Below are positions 33,513-36,144 of a DNA stretch of 36,144 nt, piece by piece (position 1 is the first letter of the stretch; each line of letters begins with the position of its first letter). A model generated the notes under the pieces. It searched no databases and was not told the DNA's origin. It saw only the letters and a program-made list of their open reading frames with translations. Source of the stretch: a virus. Lineage: Duplodnaviria; Heunggongvirae; Uroviricota; Caudoviricetes. The stretch spans positions 1-36,144 of IMG/VR virus record IMGVR_UViG_3300019935_000001, one strand, 5' to 3'. The position numbers and the translations under genes are program-made.

Positions 33513-34868
33513 ATGAACCAAATGACCAATCCACTGGTAGCGACCAGCTCCGAAACAGTCTTTGACTGGCTGGAGCAGATCGCAAGTACCTCCTCAAAGA
33601 ATGCGAAGGAAGAGCTGCTGCGCCAGCACCTTGAGAACGATGCGTTCCGCATACTGATCAAGCAGGCTATCGACCCGTTTGTGACCTTCGGGGTAAAGAA
33701 GCTGCCGAAAGCCGAGCCGACCGGGGGAGAGCTGTTTGATAATCGCACGTTAGCGCTCTTAATCGATCTGAAGAGCCGCAAGCTAACCGGCAACGCAGCT
33801 CAGAGCGCTATTAAAGAAGAGCTGACGCGGCTACAGCCGAAGTCGGCGGAACTGCTGACCCGGATTCTGAAGAAGAGCCTGAAGGCCGGCTTCACAGCGA
33901 GCACAGCGAACAAGGCACGGCCGGGTCTGATCTACGTATTCAAATGCCAGCTGTCCCACAAGCTGACCGACTACGAGCACCAGGTCACAGCCAGCGAGCA
34001 AGAGCCGTGGTTCGCGGAGATGAAAGAGGATGGTGTTCGCGGATTTGCGCTGCAGCACCAGAACCCGGATGGTGAATTTTTCAGTCGATCCGGTAAGCCC
34101 CTGAATGCGAGCGAGGAGCTGAAGCAGGAGGTTCGCTTCTTCTATTCTATGTGGGCAGAGCACTGGGGTACGAAAGCAGGTGTCGTGATCGATGGCGAGC
34201 TGGTCGCATCTGAAGGGCTCTTCAATGATGTAGTTGGCGATGTTCACCGCAAGAGTGTGGGCGACACGATGGCCCTGAAGGTGATCGACCTGATTCCTTC
34301 TGACGAATTTGATAAAGGGCAGTCCGAGAAGGCTTACACGGAACGCCGCGAAATGCTGGAGCAGTTCCTTCTTCTATATAAGGACAAGTTTCCGCGAATC
34401 AGTATTATTGAGCGCTGGCCTGTCACCTCAGTGTCGGCAGCGTTCGAGCTGGCCCACGAGCTGATCGACCAGGGCCACGAGGGCATCATTCTAAAAGACC
34501 CTAACGGTCGATGGGCGAACAAGCGAACCAGTGCGTGGCTAAAAGTGAAGGACATCAATACTGCCGATCTGGTGGTCACATCTGTCGCCCCAGGTGAAGA
34601 GGGCAAAGAATTTGAGCATTGCATGGGCTCGGCCTTCGTAAATTTCGATTCGGTAGATAAGGACGGCAACCCGGTTACAGTTGAGGTGTCAGTCGGGGGC
34701 GGCTGGAAGTTGTCGGAGCGAGAGCACTACTGGCAGCACCCTGGAGATCTGATTGGCCAACTGATTGAGGTCGAATACCACATGTTGACGCCAGACGGCT
34801 CGATGCGCCACCCGCGGTTCAAGCAGATCCGCACGGACAAGCCAATCGAAGATGGCCAGGGCTGCTAA
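33513..34868 (+). CDS. ATP-dependent DNA ligase
   Basis: Motif I EMKEDGVRG, III IDGELV, IV EGIILKD, V WLKVK, VI RHPRFKQIRTDK; T4-like N-terminal DNA-binding domain. Confidence 0.95.
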   Translation: MNQMTNPLVATSSETVFDWLEQIASTSSKNAKEELLRQHLENDAFRILIKQAIDPFVTFGVKKLPKAEPTGGELFDNRTLALLIDLKSRKLTGNAAQSAIKEELTRLQPKSAELLTRILKKSLKAGFTASTANKARPGLIYVFKCQLSHKLTDYEHQVTASEQEPWFAEMKEDGVRGFALQHQNPDGEFFSRSGKPLNASEELKQEVRFFYSMWAEHWGTKAGVVIDGELVASEGLFNDVVGDVHRKSVGDTMALKVIDLIPSDEFDKGQSEKAYTERREMLEQFLLLYKDKFPRISIIERWPVTSVSAAFELAHELIDQGHEGIILKDPNGRWANKRTSAWLKVKDINTADLVVTSVAPGEEGKEFEHCMGSAFVNFDSVDKDGNPVTVEVSVGGGWKLSEREHYWQHPGDLIGQLIEVEYHMLTPDGSMRHPRFKQIRTDKPIEDGQGC

Positions 34869-34879
34869 GGGGATTTACG

Positions 34880-35197
34880 GTGATCGCGCCAACTTCACGA
34901 AAGGCGGGTAAGTCAGTTAAAGGCTCCGCCACCAGGAAAGGGCACGCGACAATCTTCAAATCATTGCTTCGGGCTGGCGCCCGGGGCATGACCCTTGAAG
35001 AGCTTTCCATCGACACCGGGATGAAACTGCAGACCTGCTGCGCACGAAGGAACGAGCTTGGTAAAAAGCATTTCGTCATCGACAGCGGAACGCGCCGCCC
35101 AACGAACAGTGGCAGAACAGCAACAGTATGGGTGATTCCGAAAGGGGTAATAGTTGCCCTGAAGAAGCGTAGGGGCCTGGTCAAGGGCCTGGCGTAA
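34880..35197 (+). CDS. Winged-helix DNA-binding protein
   Basis: G.T.EELS...GM..QT..AR..EL.....V.DSG.RR.T.SGR.A.VW, a typical small phage wHTH; GTG start with AAGGGG SD. Confidence 0.7.
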   Translation: MIAPTSRKAGKSVKGSATRKGHATIFKSLLRAGARGMTLEELSIDTGMKLQTCCARRNELGKKHFVIDSGTRRPTNSGRTATVWVIPKGVIVALKKRRGLVKGLA

Positions 35198-35234
35198 GTA
35201 TAAGCTCCGCAGCATTACAGAGTAGGAGACAGAA

Positions 35235-35837
35235 GTGATGCTGGTACGTGAGCTGGAAGGACTTTATCAACAGAACTTCGCCGGTGACTTGGCTCAGATG
35301 CAAATCTGGAATCAGGAAGTCGGCGAAATATCAGGCATCAAATTGACAGCGGCCTTCGCTCAGTTGAAGAACCGCATCGGGCAAGAGAGAGCAGCTCACG
35401 CAATGAGATACCTGACACATGCGATTCGTCGCGCTGTGTATTTTGGGTATGCAGAGGACAGAGAGGTTTGCTTTGAAGAGCGCAAACCAGTGCTGTCCCT
35501 TGCTAAGTTTACCTGCCATCTTGAAGCCATGAGCACCATTGAAAAGCGCATGTTCCTGTTCGCCCTCGGAAGCAACATGAGTATCCGGGACGTAACCGGG
35601 CTCACATGGAGCAGTGCTCTGGCCATGCAGAGATCCCGTAAGCTGAACCACATTGCGAATGACATTCTCAATACGTCCGTGCGGCACATGAAGCTGAATC
35701 TGGTCTTTTGGGTTACAGCCACCGGGGGACGGGCAATACCATGCTACGACGCAGACAACTCGATTCTCGACATAATCGATTCGGACTGGGAAGAGTACGC
35801 AAGCCAGTTTGCCAGTCTGCCACACCGGCCCTTTTGA
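35235..35837 (+). CDS. Degenerate tyrosine-recombinase-like protein (catalytic residues not found)
   Basis: AGGAG SD; core-binding-like helix (RYLTHAIRRAVYFGY) and box I-like FALGSNMSIRDVTGLTW with Ser in place of the catalytic Arg; no HxxR or Tyr box. Confidence 0.45.
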   Translation: MMLVRELEGLYQQNFAGDLAQMQIWNQEVGEISGIKLTAAFAQLKNRIGQERAAHAMRYLTHAIRRAVYFGYAEDREVCFEERKPVLSLAKFTCHLEAMSTIEKRMFLFALGSNMSIRDVTGLTWSSALAMQRSRKLNHIANDILNTSVRHMKLNLVFWVTATGGRAIPCYDADNSILDIIDSDWEEYASQFASLPHRPF

Positions 35838-35846
35838 GGAGCGTAG

Positions 35847-36144
35847 ATGTACAACACCGAAGTAAACACGATGTTCATGGACTCGGCTCAATGCTGGCCA
35901 GTCACCGCACAATATCACTTTGCGGGCGAGCATCAGTTCTTCCTGTTCAGTAACTGGGCTGACGGGGAGGATCTGTCTGGCGTCAAAGTCGGCTACTCGC
36001 AAAATGCTGAGTCGATCAACCTCGCTATCGAAGTGGCCGGCCGATCCATGTCCACACCGTATTGCTCGATCCGGGGGATCACCGGTGATCTGATTGCTTC
36101 TGCCAACATGCGATTCGTGTTTGTGAGCAACCAGAACGGGATGA
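35847..36144 (+). CDS. Hypothetical protein, truncated by window end
   Basis: GAGGAG SD at 35836-35841; frame MYNTEVNTMFMDSAQCWPV... is open to the last base (my translation; not in the ORF track). Confidence 0.7.
   Translation, partial: MYNTEVNTMFMDSAQCWPVTAQYHFAGEHQFFLFSNWADGEDLSGVKVGYSQNAESINLAIEVAGRSMSTPYCSIRGITGDLIASANMRFVFVSNQNGM

Larger units (their letters stand above)
1..36144 (+). mobile_element. Segment of a siphovirus-type phage, prophage or phage-plasmid (SSU5/pHCM2-like organisation); both ends lie outside the window
   Basis: Contiguous, same-strand, translationally coupled packaging, head, tail, lysis and replication genes; no tail sheath; no host housekeeping genes. The family assignment is recalled similarity, not a search result. 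Confidence 0.9.

Noticed and set aside
35235-35837. Functional integrase
   Set aside because: Catalytic Arg, HxxR and Tyr are not identifiable and the protein is too short; no att site seen.
1-36144. tRNA, rRNA or structured ncRNA genes
   Set aside because: Intergenic gaps are short and none shows a cloverleaf or known ncRNA pattern by eye; tRNAscan/Infernal would be needed to exclude them formally.

Overview
The whole window is one co-directional (+ strand) segment of a long-tailed, lambda-like siphophage or phage-plasmid. No host genes, att site or replicon are visible. Gene order: terminase small/large, portal, scaffold, major capsid, head-tail joining genes, tail tube, G/G-T chaperones (GGGAAAG -1 frameshift), tape measure, M/L/K/I-J tail tip, a side-fibre module with two paralogous S74-chaperone fibres, then a four-gene block (NCNCNC-ended small protein, Ig-like protein, Fe/2OG Asp/Asn beta-hydroxylase-like enzyme, radical SAM/SPASM enzyme). 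After that come a holin-endolysin-holin lysis cassette, a terminator-bracketed moron and a replication block (unknown protein, Hfq/Sm-like protein, DnaB-like helicase, lipoprotein, primase, ATP-dependent ligase, wHTH protein, apparently dead tyrosine-recombinase-like protein). From memory, the capsid sequence and gene order resemble SSU5/pHCM2-type phage-plasmids; this needs a homology search. Highlights: (1) an apparent phage-encoded RiPP-like modification system embedded in the tail-fibre module; (2) an 18-bp palindrome TAAGTMAG-NN-CTKACTTA in at least 10 intergenic gaps; (3) a phage Hfq-like gene; (4) a moron bracketed by a duplicated terminator. All functional calls come from motif recognition by eye, not database searches.
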